This document shows, one piece after another, positions 29,124 through 39,901 of a DNA stretch of 64,000 bases. The stretch lies in the NCBI GenBank assembly GCA_017502165.1, contig JAFVVO010000019.1:63415-127414 (forward strand), in the 5' to 3' direction. The notes beneath the pieces are model-generated. The model saw only the letters and a list, made by a program, of their open reading frames with translations, was not told the origin of the DNA and ran no database searches. The translations under genes were made by a program, and so were the position numbers. Numbering within the stretch: the first letter of the stretch is position 1; the number at the start of each line of letters is the position of its first letter. This DNA comes from Clostridia bacterium (GTDB lineage: Bacteria > Bacillota > Clostridia > Christensenellales > QALW01).

Positions 29124-29380
29124 TACCCCAAAGAACAAAAAATTAAAAAAATTTCCGTTTTTATCAATAAAAAAGAAAAATGCAAAGGAAGGAAAAAGGA
29201 CAGATAGAAAAGCGAATAAATAATGCTTTGCAAAAAAACGCGAAAAGGCGGAAAAAATGAAAAAATAAAATGTAAATATTTTTTTAACGGATGCTAAATA
29301 AATAGTAAAAACCCCCGTAATTACTGGGGTTTTCGCGAAATAAAAAAATGATAAAAAACAAAAAAATTTCTTGTTGGATA

Positions 29381-29409
29381 TTGACTTTGAGAGTCTTTAG
29401 TGGTATTAT
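29381..29409 (+). promoter_or_regulatory. Sigma-A promoter of the carbohydrate uptake operon
   Basis: TTGACT-N17-TATTAT with TG extension and A-rich upstream region. Confidence 0.65.
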
Positions 29410-29514
29410 ATGATAGATATTATGTATCAGTATGCTCGAAAAGTACTCCTTATTATTATATATTAGGGGATTTTTCTGCAAAACAGTTTATTTTTAGCAT
29501 TCAGGAGGAACAAC

Positions 29515-32500
29515 ATGAAGTCTTTGTTTAGCAAGATGCTCGTATTGGTTTTAGTGCTTGCAATGGCTGTATCGGTGTTCGCTATAGTTGCTCAGGCAAC
29601 TCCCGCAGCCGATTCCGCTCAAAGCACACAGAATCAGACCGGCACTACGAATGAAGAAGGCGGAGCTGGGCTTACGGTAGAGGACCCGGAAGCTTTTTAC
29701 AGCAAAATAGGTACTGAAGACGATTACGCCGCGTACCTTAAAGCTCACAGCGACGCTGCAAGACCTAACAAACAGATTTTATTAAAGGGAGAAAATGCCG
29801 TTCAGTTTAACGGTGAAACCGGTGAAATCATCGGCAAGCTTCCTATGATAAAGAGAGCATCACAGAATACACCCGCTGATCTTCGTGACGGCGCATTATT
29901 CTATGATGAAGGTATCTGCGGTTGGGTGGTTAACATCACCGAAGCAGGCTGGTACAACGTAACGTTGTCTTACCTTGCCTACGATGAGCTTACTTATACT
30001 GTTGACGGTGTTCAGTATACCGTTACCAGCAAGAGCTCTGACGTTCAGCGCAGATTCTATATCGACTATAAAATTCCTTTCTATGAAGCACGTCAGGTAA
30101 ACTTTGAACGTGTTTGGAAGGATGCAAGCGTTTTGTTGGTTGACTCTCAGACCAATAACGAAAAGAGACCTTATCAGTCCGAAACTGAGCAGTGGCAAAC
30201 TCTTTCTGTGCGCGACTATATGGGATATGAAAGCGAGCCCTTCAAGTTCTATCTTTCAGAAGGCACTCACACTATCGCATTCGGCGCAATCAAGGAAGGT
30301 ATGCTTGTTGAATACGCAATGCTTCATCAGGTTGAGCAGGCTCCTACCTATGCTGAGTTAAAGGCTCAGTATGCTCAGGAGGGTAAAACCAAGGTTCAGG
30401 GCGTAAAGAATCTTTACGTTCAGGCTGAAGGCTTGCACAATCCCGAAACCTATCTTGGCGCACAGGCAGAGACCTTCCTTACTACTGACCTTGTAAACAA
30501 ATACAACAATTACATCAATCCTCTTGATACTACAGCTTATGACGTAACAAAGGATCCTACCTTTGCAATACTTAAATCGTCACCCACGCTTTACGGTATT
30601 ACCGACAGATCCTCACCTGCAAGTGTGCCTTACAGCCACAGCAAGATCAGATATAATACCATCGGCGGTGACAAGTGGCAGAGCCCAAACCAGTGGATCG
30701 AGTGGTCGTTTGACGTTGAAAAAGCAGGCTTATACGCCATCAGCTTCAAGGCGCGTCAGAACATCCTTAACGGTATGCACACCACCCGTAAGCTTACCAT
30801 TAACGGCGAAGTTCCTTGCCAGGAAGCATTGAATATTACCTTCCTCTACGGTAACTCCTTCAATATGTACACTCTTGGCGACGAGAATGAAACCTTCTAT
30901 TTCTACCTTGAAGAAGGAAAGAACTCCATTCGTCTTGAAACAACCCTTGGCGATTTGGGCGGAATGCTTGCAAAGGCAGAAGCAAGTCTTGCAAATCTTA
31001 ATAAGGCTTACAGAAGAATCCTTATGATTACAAGTGCTTCTCCCGACCCCAACCGTAACTATCAGCTTAACGTAATGGTTCCCGACGCTCTTCAGATCCT
31101 TAAGGATGAATATGTTGTTCTTTCAAACCTTGAAAAGGAATTTATTGAGGTGTTCGGCGCAGACGCAGGCGCTCAGCTCTCAACCATTAAGTCAATGATG
31201 CTTCTGCTTGAGCAGATGAATGAGGACCATAACAAGATCGGTGAAATGTTCACGAGCCTTAAGGACTCCATTGCTTCAATGGGTACATGGCTTAACGATA
31301 TGAGTGAAACTCCCTTGGAGCTTGACTATTTCGTTATTACCACCGAAGAAAATCTTGGCTACACCAGTGCAGATAATACTGTTGTTCCCGGTAAGGAAGA
31401 GCTTGTTTCACCGAAGTCAACCTTCTTTGCAAGCGTGCTTCACGAAATCCGTTCCTTCATCGCATCCTTCACCGAAGACTACGATAACATCGGCGGAACA
31501 GTTGCTCAAGACGGTCAGCAGCCCGTTAAGGTTTGGCTTGAAACAGGCGCAGGTCTTACCGGCTCCCGTGATAACGCAACCATTCTTAAACAGCTTATCG
31601 ACGATATGTTCACAAAGGATACGGGCATTATAGTAGAAACCCGTCTTGTTGCAGGCGGCTCACTTCTTCCCTCAGTCCTTTCAGGCATCGGCCCCGAGAT
31701 TTGCTTGTCCCGTAGCGCAGTTGACGCTGTTAACTATGCATTCCGCGGCGCAGTTATGAACCTTGCCAACGAAGAGCTGTTCCCCGATTATAAAGACGTT
31801 CTTCTTAACGAAGAAAGATATGCTTACAGTGCTATCGAGCCCTTTAAGTTCGGCAAAGGCATTTACGCAGTTCCCGAAACTCAGGACTTCTTTATGACCT
31901 TCTACCGTACCGACATTCTCGAGGAGCTTAACCTTACACCTCCTAAGACCTGGCAGGACGTATATAATATAATAGGTCATCTTCAGCATAAGCAAATGAC
32001 CTTTGCTATGCCCGTTCCCGTAGTTGGCGCAGTAGGCTCAGGTAACCTTTCCTACGCTATGTTCCTTTATCAGAAGGGCGGCACCTATTACAACGAAGAT
32101 TACAGTGCAACAGCACTTACCACCGACGCAGCGCTTGACGCTTTCAAGGAATGGACCGGCTTCTATACTCAGCAGGACCTTCCCAATACCTATGACTTTG
32201 CAAACCGTTTCAGAACCGGTGAAGTTCCCGTAGGTATCGCAAGCTACAGCCAGTATTCACAGCTTGCAGTTTTCGCACCTGAAATTCAGGGCTTGTGGGA
32301 GTTCTCATTAGTTCCCGGCACACCTCAGGTTGACGAAAACGGCGCACCCGTGCTTGACGAGAACGGTCAGCAGATTATTGACCGCTCCTGCGCAAGTAAC
32401 ACATCAGGCTGCGTAATGCTTTCAATCGACACCACCAATGAAGAGGGCGTAAAGAGAGCACAGCGTGCTTGGAAGTTTATGACCTGGTGGACAGGTGAAG

Positions 32501-32838
32501 AAGCTCAGTATCGCTTCGGTACTGAAATCGAAAGCTTGCTTGGCGCAGCAGCCCGTTATCAGACTGCAAACCTTAAGGCTATGAAGCGTCTTCCCTGGGA
32601 TAAGGCTTCAATGGATATGATTCAGGAGCAGTGGTCACACACCAAAGGCATTCCTCAGGTACCCGGCGGCTACTACACCGCACGTAACATTGAGTTTGCC
32701 TGGAAGGAAGTTATTAACAACGCTGCTGCAGAAGCAAACACCACCTTCGTTGAATACGTTGGTAAGATTGACGATGAAATCACACGTAAGCGTGAAGAAT
32801 TCAAAGACAAGATTGCAGAAATGTTAGGAAAGGAGTAA
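29515..32838 (+). CDS. Giant extracellular solute-binding protein (two CBM-like beta domains, helical linker, sugar SBP domain)
   Basis: Signal peptide; repeated W.V.I.EAG.Y / W.FDVEKAGLY and FYLSEGTH / FYLEEGKN motifs; C-terminal CUT1 SBP (YAVPETQ, FYRTDIL, PKTWQD). Confidence 0.85.
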   Translation: MKSLFSKMLVLVLVLAMAVSVFAIVAQATPAADSAQSTQNQTGTTNEEGGAGLTVEDPEAFYSKIGTEDDYAAYLKAHSDAARPNKQILLKGENAVQFNGETGEIIGKLPMIKRASQNTPADLRDGALFYDEGICGWVVNITEAGWYNVTLSYLAYDELTYTVDGVQYTVTSKSSDVQRRFYIDYKIPFYEARQVNFERVWKDASVLLVDSQTNNEKRPYQSETEQWQTLSVRDYMGYESEPFKFYLSEGTHTIAFGAIKEGMLVEYAMLHQVEQAPTYAELKAQYAQEGKTKVQGVKNLYVQAEGLHNPETYLGAQAETFLTTDLVNKYNNYINPLDTTAYDVTKDPTFAILKSSPTLYGITDRSSPASVPYSHSKIRYNTIGGDKWQSPNQWIEWSFDVEKAGLYAISFKARQNILNGMHTTRKLTINGEVPCQEALNITFLYGNSFNMYTLGDENETFYFYLEEGKNSIRLETTLGDLGGMLAKAEASLANLNKAYRRILMITSASPDPNRNYQLNVMVPDALQILKDEYVVLSNLEKEFIEVFGADAGAQLSTIKSMMLLLEQMNEDHNKIGEMFTSLKDSIASMGTWLNDMSETPLELDYFVITTEENLGYTSADNTVVPGKEELVSPKSTFFASVLHEIRSFIASFTEDYDNIGGTVAQDGQQPVKVWLETGAGLTGSRDNATILKQLIDDMFTKDTGIIVETRLVAGGSLLPSVLSGIGPEICLSRSAVDAVNYAFRGAVMNLANEELFPDYKDVLLNEERYAYSAIEPFKFGKGIYAVPETQDFFMTFYRTDILEELNLTPPKTWQDVYNIIGHLQHKQMTFAMPVPVVGAVGSGNLSYAMFLYQKGGTYYNEDYSATALTTDAALDAFKEWTGFYTQQDLPNTYDFANRFRTGEVPVGIASYSQYSQLAVFAPEIQGLWEFSLVPGTPQVDENGAPVLDENGQQIIDRSCASNTSGCVMLSIDTTNEEGVKRAQRAWKFMTWWTGEEAQYRFGTEIESLLGAAARYQTANLKAMKRLPWDKASMDMIQEQWSHTKGIPQVPGGYYTARNIEFAWKEVINNAAAEANTTFVEYVGKIDDEITRKREEFKDKIAEMLGKE

Positions 32839-32845
32839 GAAAAGA

Positions 32846-33790
32846 ATGGCTGTCTCAAAAGAAGCAAAAGCTAAAAACAAAGCGTTCTTCTCTGACTGGT
32901 TAAAATATCAGTTCAAGGAAATGCGCAAAAACGGTGGCTTGTATCTTTTCATGCTCCCGTACCTGCTTATATTTGTAACCTTTACAGTTTTACCCGTTAT
33001 CGTTGCAATTTACTTCAGCTTTACCTACTTTAACGTTCTTGAGCCTCCCCAGTGGACCGGTTTTGAGAACTATATCAGGCTGTTTACTGCTGATGACTTG
33101 TTTATGACCGCATTTAAGAACACAATGTTCTTTGCAGTTATTATCGGTCCCGGCGGATATCTTCTTTCACTGTTCTTTGCATGGCTTATTAACGAACTCA
33201 GCAGAAGAGCCAGAGTTATTATGACTATCTTCTACTATGCTCCTTCTCTTGCCAGTGCATTGCCCATCTGGAAGATTATATTCTCCTCCGACCAATACGG
33301 CTTACTTAACGGCTTCTTGATGAATACCGGTATTACATACACCAACATCAAGTGGCTTGAAGACGTAAACTACATCGTGCCCTGCTGCTTATTCGTTATT
33401 TTGTGGGGCTCACTGGGAACCAGCTTCCTTACGTTCATTGCAGGTTTGCAGAACGTTGACAGAACTCTTTACGAGGCAGGCGCCATCGACGGCGTTAAAA
33501 ACCGTTGGCAAGAGCTTTGGTACATTACCTTACCTTATATGAAGCCTCAGCTTATGTTCGGTGCGGTTATGAGTATTACCGGCGCTTTCTCAGTAGGTGG
33601 TGCAATTACCAACCTGGTAGGTTATCCCTCTCAGGACTACGTAGCCCACACACTTATTCACCACATGGAAGACTATGCAAACCAACGAATGGAATTAGGT
33701 TATGCTTGTGCCATTACGGTGCTCTTGTTCTTGTTACAGCTTGTAACTAACAAGATAATTAAAAGATTACTTTCGAAGGTGGGTGAGTAA
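32846..33790 (+). CDS. Carbohydrate ABC permease (MalF-like)
   Basis: LYEAGAIDG..WYITLP EAA motif. Confidence 0.92.
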   Translation: MAVSKEAKAKNKAFFSDWLKYQFKEMRKNGGLYLFMLPYLLIFVTFTVLPVIVAIYFSFTYFNVLEPPQWTGFENYIRLFTADDLFMTAFKNTMFFAVIIGPGGYLLSLFFAWLINELSRRARVIMTIFYYAPSLASALPIWKIIFSSDQYGLLNGFLMNTGITYTNIKWLEDVNYIVPCCLFVILWGSLGTSFLTFIAGLQNVDRTLYEAGAIDGVKNRWQELWYITLPYMKPQLMFGAVMSITGAFSVGGAITNLVGYPSQDYVAHTLIHHMEDYANQRMELGYACAITVLLFLLQLVTNKIIKRLLSKVGE

Positions 33791-33793
33791 GAT

Positions 33794-34639
33794 ATGGCAA
33801 AAAAACTTAGCCGCTCAGGAGCGGGTAACTTCCTCGGAATTGCTTTCCTGTGTGTAATAGCAGTTCTGATGGTTCTTCCTATGGTTTATGCCGTTGGTAA
33901 CTCATTCAAGCCTATGGACGAATTATTCAAATTCCCTCCCACCATTCTTCCAAGAAGATGGGTTACAACAAACTATACTGACTTGTTTGTTTTAATGGGT
34001 AACTCTTGGGTACCTTTCTCAAGATACTTCTTTAACACCATATTTATTACGTCAGTCGGCACCTTCGGTCAGATCGTTTGCTGCTCACTTTGCGCATATC
34101 CCTTGGCTATGTACAATTTCCCCGGCAGAAAAATGATTTCCGGCATGATTGTTACCGCACTTATGTTCAACGGTACAGTTCTTTGGCTTCCCTTGTTTAT
34201 GATTAAGGCAGGCCTTGGTATGATTGATACCTACTGGGCAATTATAATTCCCACGTTTGGTTCGTCAATGGGTATGTACCTTATGCAACAGTTTATGTCG
34301 CAGATACCCAAATCACTTGTTGAGGCAGCTCGTATCGACGGTGCAGGAAGCTTCAAAATTTTCTGGACAATCGTTCTTCCTCAGGTTAAATCAGCTTGGC
34401 TTACGCTTATGATTTTCTCCGTTCAGGGCCTTTGGAACACCGGTGCTTCAGTATTTATTCAAAGTGAATCACTCAAAACACTGCCTTACGCTCTTTCACA
34501 GATCGTTTCAACCGGTATTGCACGTCAGGGTGTTGCTAACGCAATTTCGGTTATTATGATGGCAGTTCCCATTACAACATTTATTATTTCACAGAGTAAC
34601 ATTATTGAAACAATGGCTACTTCCGGTATGAAGGATTAA
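33794..34639 (+). CDS. Carbohydrate ABC permease (MalG-like)
   Basis: LVEAARIDGA..IVLP. Confidence 0.92.
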   Translation: MAKKLSRSGAGNFLGIAFLCVIAVLMVLPMVYAVGNSFKPMDELFKFPPTILPRRWVTTNYTDLFVLMGNSWVPFSRYFFNTIFITSVGTFGQIVCCSLCAYPLAMYNFPGRKMISGMIVTALMFNGTVLWLPLFMIKAGLGMIDTYWAIIIPTFGSSMGMYLMQQFMSQIPKSLVEAARIDGAGSFKIFWTIVLPQVKSAWLTLMIFSVQGLWNTGASVFIQSESLKTLPYALSQIVSTGIARQGVANAISVIMMAVPITTFIISQSNIIETMATSGMKD

Positions 34640-34653
34640 GGAGGGTACAGATA

Positions 34654-36537
34654 ATGAAATTAAAGAAAATTGCATTTCTGATGCTTTCCGCTATGCTTAC
34701 GCTCGCTCTTTCAATAAGCGCGTTTGCAGCTCCGTATCAGAACTACACCATTACAGAATCGGGTGTTTATCCCGAGCCCCAGGCTTACGTGCCTGACGCG
34801 GTTATTAACAGCGGCGTTATCGGCCTTGAAAATCTTGAAGGCGTTGCAATCAAAACACCTCAGGATATGACCTTGTTTAAGGCAAACGGCTTCATCCTTA
34901 TTTCAGATACGGGAAACAAGAGAGTTATCGTTCTTGATAAGGATATGCGTACTGTTAAACAGATTATTTCCACTTGGACAAAGGACGGGGTGGAGGATAC
35001 GTTCCTTAATCCCAACGGTCTCTTTATTCACGAGGAAAAACAGCTTCTCTTCGTTTGTGATACCGACAACAAGCGTATCGTAAGCTTTGCGTTTGATGCG
35101 GAAACCGAGCTTTTCTCCTTCGTAAGAACTTACGACGATCCCGATATTTCAAAGTATTTCTCCGAGGATTATCAGGAGGGCGACGTTGTTGTAACAGAAA
35201 CTCCCGCACCTACCCCCGAAGCAACTCCCGACCAGGAGGCTGAAGGCGATGGGGCAGAGGGAGAAACCGACGGCGAAACCGATGGCGAAAATACTGACGG
35301 TGAAGCCACTGACGGCGAAAATGCCGATACTCCCGGTGATGACGAAATCGAAATTGACAACAGCTCCGGTTCATCATCTTCTTCAAGCGCACAGGTAACC
35401 TACAAACCCTTAAAGGTTGTAGTTGACGGCGCTATGCGTATGTTCGTAGTTTCCAAGGATTGCTATCAGGGCCTTGTTGAGCTTAACGACAACGGTGAAT
35501 TTACAAAGTTCTACGGTGCAACAAGAACAAAGCAGTCACTTTCCGCATTGCTTAACCGCTTGTTCTCTGCCGAAGCAAAGGCAAAGCGTCAGCAGAACCT
35601 TTCAACAGAATACAGCAACATCACCATGGATGATAACGGATTTATTTACGGTACCATCTCACAGCTTAAGCTTACTGACCTTACCGATCATTTTACTTCA
35701 AAGGCTGAAATCGGTGCGGCATTGAGAAAGCTTAACGCTGCCGGCTCCGACGTTCTTAAGCGTACCGGCATCATTCCTCCCTCGGGAGATAAGGGTGACG
35801 AAAAGAACAGATCAACCTATTCTTATCTGTGCGACGTTACCGTTTCCAAAAACGGATTAACCAGCGTGCTTGACTCACAAAAGGGCAGAGTATTTACCTA
35901 CACCAATACCGGTGAGCTGCTTTACGTTTTCGGCGCGTTAGGACAGAAAATCACTCAGGTAGGTGAGGATAAGGGCTCATCAAGAGAAGAGCAGATAGGT
36001 TACACAAAGGGTACCAACCTTACACCCACCGCAATTCAGCTGCTTAACGATGATGAAACAATCGTTATTCTTGACTCTCAGGGCGCACAGCTTACCACCT
36101 ATAAGCCCACCGAATACGGCTTAATTCTTCGCGAAGCAATTAACAGCCACGAGGAACGCCGTTATGACGATGCAGTTGCGGCTTGGAACAAGGTTTTAGG
36201 TATGTCTTCAAACTCTGCATTAGCTTACAGAGGCGTAGGTAAGATTTCATATCTTAACGCTTCCAAATATAATGTAGAAGATGAAACGGTTGAGGATCTT
36301 CGTGAAGCACAGCGTACCGAAAAACAAAGACTGTATCTTGAAGCAGCCGATTACTTTATGAAAGGCTACTCTCAGGAGGAATACGGTAAAGCATTCTATA
36401 AATACAGAGACCTTGTTTTAGAAGGTATTATGCCTTACTTAATGTGGGCAATCATTATAGTGGCAGTAGGAACACTCCTGCTTGGCTGGTATAAGAAATT
36501 CAAGAGATTTGTTGAGACAGGAGGTAAAAATCAGTAA
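34654..36537 (+). CDS. Secreted NHL beta-propeller/TPR protein with C-terminal TM anchor
   Basis: Signal peptide; ISDTGNKRV and VCDTDNKRI NHL repeats; TPR-like AWNKVL..LAYRGVG; C-terminal TM. Confidence 0.82.
   Translation: MKLKKIAFLMLSAMLTLALSISAFAAPYQNYTITESGVYPEPQAYVPDAVINSGVIGLENLEGVAIKTPQDMTLFKANGFILISDTGNKRVIVLDKDMRTVKQIISTWTKDGVEDTFLNPNGLFIHEEKQLLFVCDTDNKRIVSFAFDAETELFSFVRTYDDPDISKYFSEDYQEGDVVVTETPAPTPEATPDQEAEGDGAEGETDGETDGENTDGEATDGENADTPGDDEIEIDNSSGSSSSSSAQVTYKPLKVVVDGAMRMFVVSKDCYQGLVELNDNGEFTKFYGATRTKQSLSALLNRLFSAEAKAKRQQNLSTEYSNITMDDNGFIYGTISQLKLTDLTDHFTSKAEIGAALRKLNAAGSDVLKRTGIIPPSGDKGDEKNRSTYSYLCDVTVSKNGLTSVLDSQKGRVFTYTNTGELLYVFGALGQKITQVGEDKGSSREEQIGYTKGTNLTPTAIQLLNDDETIVILDSQGAQLTTYKPTEYGLILREAINSHEERRYDDAVAAWNKVLGMSSNSALAYRGVGKISYLNASKYNVEDETVEDLREAQRTEKQRLYLEAADYFMKGYSQEEYGKAFYKYRDLVLEGIMPYLMWAIIIVAVGTLLLGWYKKFKRFVETGGKNQ
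35195..35390 (+). repeat. Low-complexity intragenic insert (Pro/Thr, TDGE repeats, poly-Ser)
   Basis: ETPAPTPEATP..GETDGETDGENTDGEATDGEN..SSGSSSSSS; repeated GACGGCGAAA. Confidence 0.75.
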
Positions 36538-37178
36538 TGGAAAAGCTTAAAAACTTTGGCACAGACCTTAAATATGCTTTCCACGTGATAACCCATCCTC
36601 TCGACGGTTTCTGGGATTTGAAGCATGAAAAACGCGGCAGATCGTATATCGCACTTATTTTCCTGGTGTTATACGTAATTACCGACATTTTGAACAAACA
36701 GTTCAACAATTACACCTTTAATGAATTAAAGGTTGCACCGCAGGATATTGATTTAATCGGAACCTTCTTCTCAGTGGCATTGATCGTAGGCATTTGGGTT
36801 GCTGCCAACTGGGGTCTCACAACCTTGTTTGACGGCGAAGGAAGTATGAAAGACATTTTCATTTACACCGGCTATTCAATGTTACCTTTGGTGCTTTCAC
36901 AGATAATACTTATTCCCTTAACAAACGTTCTTACTGTAAATGAAGCAACTATCGTTTCGCTCATTACCGTTTTAGGTATTGGTTGGACGGCAATATTGCT
37001 CTATACGGGAACAATGACCACCCACCAGTATTCAGGCGGTAAAACCTTTATCATTCTTTTAGCGGTTTTACTTGGTATGGTTATTATCGTTTTCGTAGGC
37101 GTGTTGTTCTTCTTCCTCGTGCAGGAAATCTGGAACTTCGGCTTCACTATATACAGAGAATTAGAACTCAGAAGGTAA
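36537..37178 (+). CDS. Yip1-family membrane protein
   Basis: HPLDGFWDLKHEKRG, ANWGLTTLFDGEG; 5 TM. Confidence 0.82.
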   Translation: MEKLKNFGTDLKYAFHVITHPLDGFWDLKHEKRGRSYIALIFLVLYVITDILNKQFNNYTFNELKVAPQDIDLIGTFFSVALIVGIWVAANWGLTTLFDGEGSMKDIFIYTGYSMLPLVLSQIILIPLTNVLTVNEATIVSLITVLGIGWTAILLYTGTMTTHQYSGGKTFIILLAVLLGMVIIVFVGVLFFFLVQEIWNFGFTIYRELELRR

Positions 37179-37189
37179 CGGAGGTAGAG

Positions 37190-39901
37190 ATGAAAATGAA
37201 TAAAAAGATTATTTCTGCCTTACTTATCGCATTACTCATTCTTCCTACACTCCTGTTTACAGGCTGTACGGTTGAAGAGTCGGAAGGCTATCTTACGCCT
37301 GAAAATAAGGAACCCTTATACGAATTTGCTAATGATGCAAAAACCTTTGTTCGTGAGGATTCCGATGGCGACACAACGTTTACCTTAGTTGAAGAGAATG
37401 AAAAATACGAATTCTACTTCAGCGCTGACATTCTTGAAATTGCCTTAAAGAGCAAAACAACGGGTGAAATTTGGTATTCCAACCCTGCGCCCTCTGCAAG
37501 AAACGAAGGCATCAAGAGTGAAATGAGCAGCCAGGTTGCGCTGTTCTACCTTAATAAAAAGGACGGCAGTCAGAATACCCTTGAGAGCTATCTTGACTGT
37601 GTTCTTAACTACGATGAGGAAACCGGCATCAACCAGTTTTACGTAGTTAACCATAACGGAAATCTCCGTGTTGTTTACATCTTAGGTCAGATCAAGCCCG
37701 ATTATATTGTTCCTACCTGCTTAGAGGGCTCCATTGCCGAAGAGTATATTGAAAAGCTTAAGGCAAGCTCAAACAATGACCATCGCAGTCAGGCAAGACT
37801 TATCAGCGGCGGTAGTATGTACGCAAAGGTTACCCCTGCAGTTTGGGATACCTACACCGTTGATATCCAGAATGAATACCTTGCCATTGTACCTAATATG
37901 GGCACAATGATTAAGGAAGGCAAAACCGTTTACATCATCAAGGATCAGACTAAGCTTTATAATACCGAGCGTATGAAGAAGCTTCAGGCAGCTTTCGTAG
38001 AAGAGCTTGGAATGACTCTTGAAAAGCGTGACGAAATGAACGCAGAGTTCGGCGTAGTTATCGAGCCTGCCAAGACCTTCTGGATTCCCGTTGATTACGA
38101 CTTAACCGAAACCGGACTTAAGGTTACTATTCCTAATGAAGAAATTCATTACGATACTAACGCTTTTGCCATTGCTTCCATCGACCTTCTGCAGTACTTC
38201 GGTTCTGCATCAAAGCAGGAAGAGGGTTATATGTTCGTTCCTGACGGCTCAGGCGCAATCGTTAACTTCAACAACGGCAAAACAAACATTACCAGAGAAA
38301 TCCGTGTTCAGCTTTACGGCCTTGACGACGGACGTGAATATACCACCAAGCCCTTCTCCAATGAGGGTGCGTATCTTCCCGTATTTGGTATTAAAAAGGC
38401 AAACAGTGCGTTGTTTGGCATTATCGAAAGCGGTGATACCAATGCAACGGTTATTGCCGATATCGCAGGCAAAAACGTTTCAGCAGTTGACCGCAACAGA
38501 TGCTACACCAGCTTCAGAATGTCAGAATATGAGGAACTGCAGTTTAAGAGCGCAGGCAAAACCTCAAGAATTTATCAGTATAAGATGAACTCAGCTGATA
38601 TTACCGTTAGCTATTCAATTTTAGATAACGAAAAAGCTGATTACAACGGTATGGCGGAATTCTACCGCAATTATCTTGTGGATAAGGGAGCATTAAAGCA
38701 GAAGGATTACACAAACGTTCCCTTCAACATCGAGCTTATCGGTGCTTATGACCACAAGACCGCTTTCCTTGGCGTAGGCTATACGGAAATGCGCGCAATT
38801 ACCACCTTCCAGCAGTGCAAGGAGCTTATTAAGAAGCTCAGCGACAACGGCATTAAAAACGTATCCATCAACTACAGAGGTTGGGCAAACGACGGCTTAA
38901 GAAACAGCGTATTCAATAAGGTTAAGGTTGTTAAGAGCCTTGGCGGAGAAGAAGCGCTTAAGGATATGTTGGCTTATGCTGAAGGCTTAGGCGTTAAGGT
39001 TTACCTTGAAACCGAGCTTGCTTTGGTATTTAAGGAAAAGTCATTCAGCGGCTACAACACCTTTACTCAGGCATCACGTCTCGTTACCCGTGACGTTGCA
39101 CATCATTATCAGTACGTAAACGACTGGAACACTCAGTCAAAAACTAACGTGGCAACAATTGTTTCACCTTCCGTTATTTACAATATTGATAGTGAAGACA
39201 ATACAAAGAGCTTTGCTTCCAAGCTTCTTGAGGATATGAACAAGATTGATATCAAGTCAGTAAGCCTTGGCAGTATGGGAACTAACCTTCCCGGTAACTA
39301 TAACATTAAAGATTTCTATGATAGAGAAAAGACCGCTAAAACCTATGCAGCAGTTGCTCAGAAGTATAGCGAGACAATGAACGTAATGAGCAAGGGCACC
39401 AACAAGTATATGCTTCCTTACGTTGACTCCATCTTTGAAATCAGTAACACAAGCAGTAACTTTAACCTTGCTGATCAGTCAGTACCCTTCTATCAGATGG
39501 TAATTCACGGATATATCGAATATTCCGGTGAACCTATTAACCTTAACGGTGACACTCGCAGAACCTTCCTTCAGGCAGTTGAAGCAGGTGCAGGCTTGTA
39601 TTACCGCTGGTGCTACGTAACAAACGACGCAGTTCAGGAGCTTTGGTTTGACGGTATGTACTCATTAAGCTATGAGTCCTGGTTCGATGAGGCAGTTGAA
39701 TTATACAAGGAGTATAACGATATGCTTGCTTCAACCGCAGGTGCTCAGATGATCAGACATGAGGCTGTTGCTGAAAACGTTAACAAAATTACTTACAGCA
39801 ACGGCGTTGAAGTTTACGTAAACTATAATGACTATGCTTATACTGCTGCAGACGGCACAGTTGTTGAGGCAGAATCTTTTGCAAAAGGAGGTAATAACTG
39901 A
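37190..39901 (+). CDS. DUF5696-like lipoprotein (putative glycoside-hydrolase-like fold)
   Basis: Lipobox LFTGC; WYSNP, GYMFVPDGSGA, PVFG, YRGW, VPFYQMVIHGYIEY, YVNY. Confidence 0.78.
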   Translation: MKMNKKIISALLIALLILPTLLFTGCTVEESEGYLTPENKEPLYEFANDAKTFVREDSDGDTTFTLVEENEKYEFYFSADILEIALKSKTTGEIWYSNPAPSARNEGIKSEMSSQVALFYLNKKDGSQNTLESYLDCVLNYDEETGINQFYVVNHNGNLRVVYILGQIKPDYIVPTCLEGSIAEEYIEKLKASSNNDHRSQARLISGGSMYAKVTPAVWDTYTVDIQNEYLAIVPNMGTMIKEGKTVYIIKDQTKLYNTERMKKLQAAFVEELGMTLEKRDEMNAEFGVVIEPAKTFWIPVDYDLTETGLKVTIPNEEIHYDTNAFAIASIDLLQYFGSASKQEEGYMFVPDGSGAIVNFNNGKTNITREIRVQLYGLDDGREYTTKPFSNEGAYLPVFGIKKANSALFGIIESGDTNATVIADIAGKNVSAVDRNRCYTSFRMSEYEELQFKSAGKTSRIYQYKMNSADITVSYSILDNEKADYNGMAEFYRNYLVDKGALKQKDYTNVPFNIELIGAYDHKTAFLGVGYTEMRAITTFQQCKELIKKLSDNGIKNVSINYRGWANDGLRNSVFNKVKVVKSLGGEEALKDMLAYAEGLGVKVYLETELALVFKEKSFSGYNTFTQASRLVTRDVAHHYQYVNDWNTQSKTNVATIVSPSVIYNIDSEDNTKSFASKLLEDMNKIDIKSVSLGSMGTNLPGNYNIKDFYDREKTAKTYAAVAQKYSETMNVMSKGTNKYMLPYVDSIFEISNTSSNFNLADQSVPFYQMVIHGYIEYSGEPINLNGDTRRTFLQAVEAGAGLYYRWCYVTNDAVQELWFDGMYSLSYESWFDEAVELYKEYNDMLASTAGAQMIRHEAVAENVNKITYSNGVEVYVNYNDYAYTAADGTVVEAESFAKGGNN

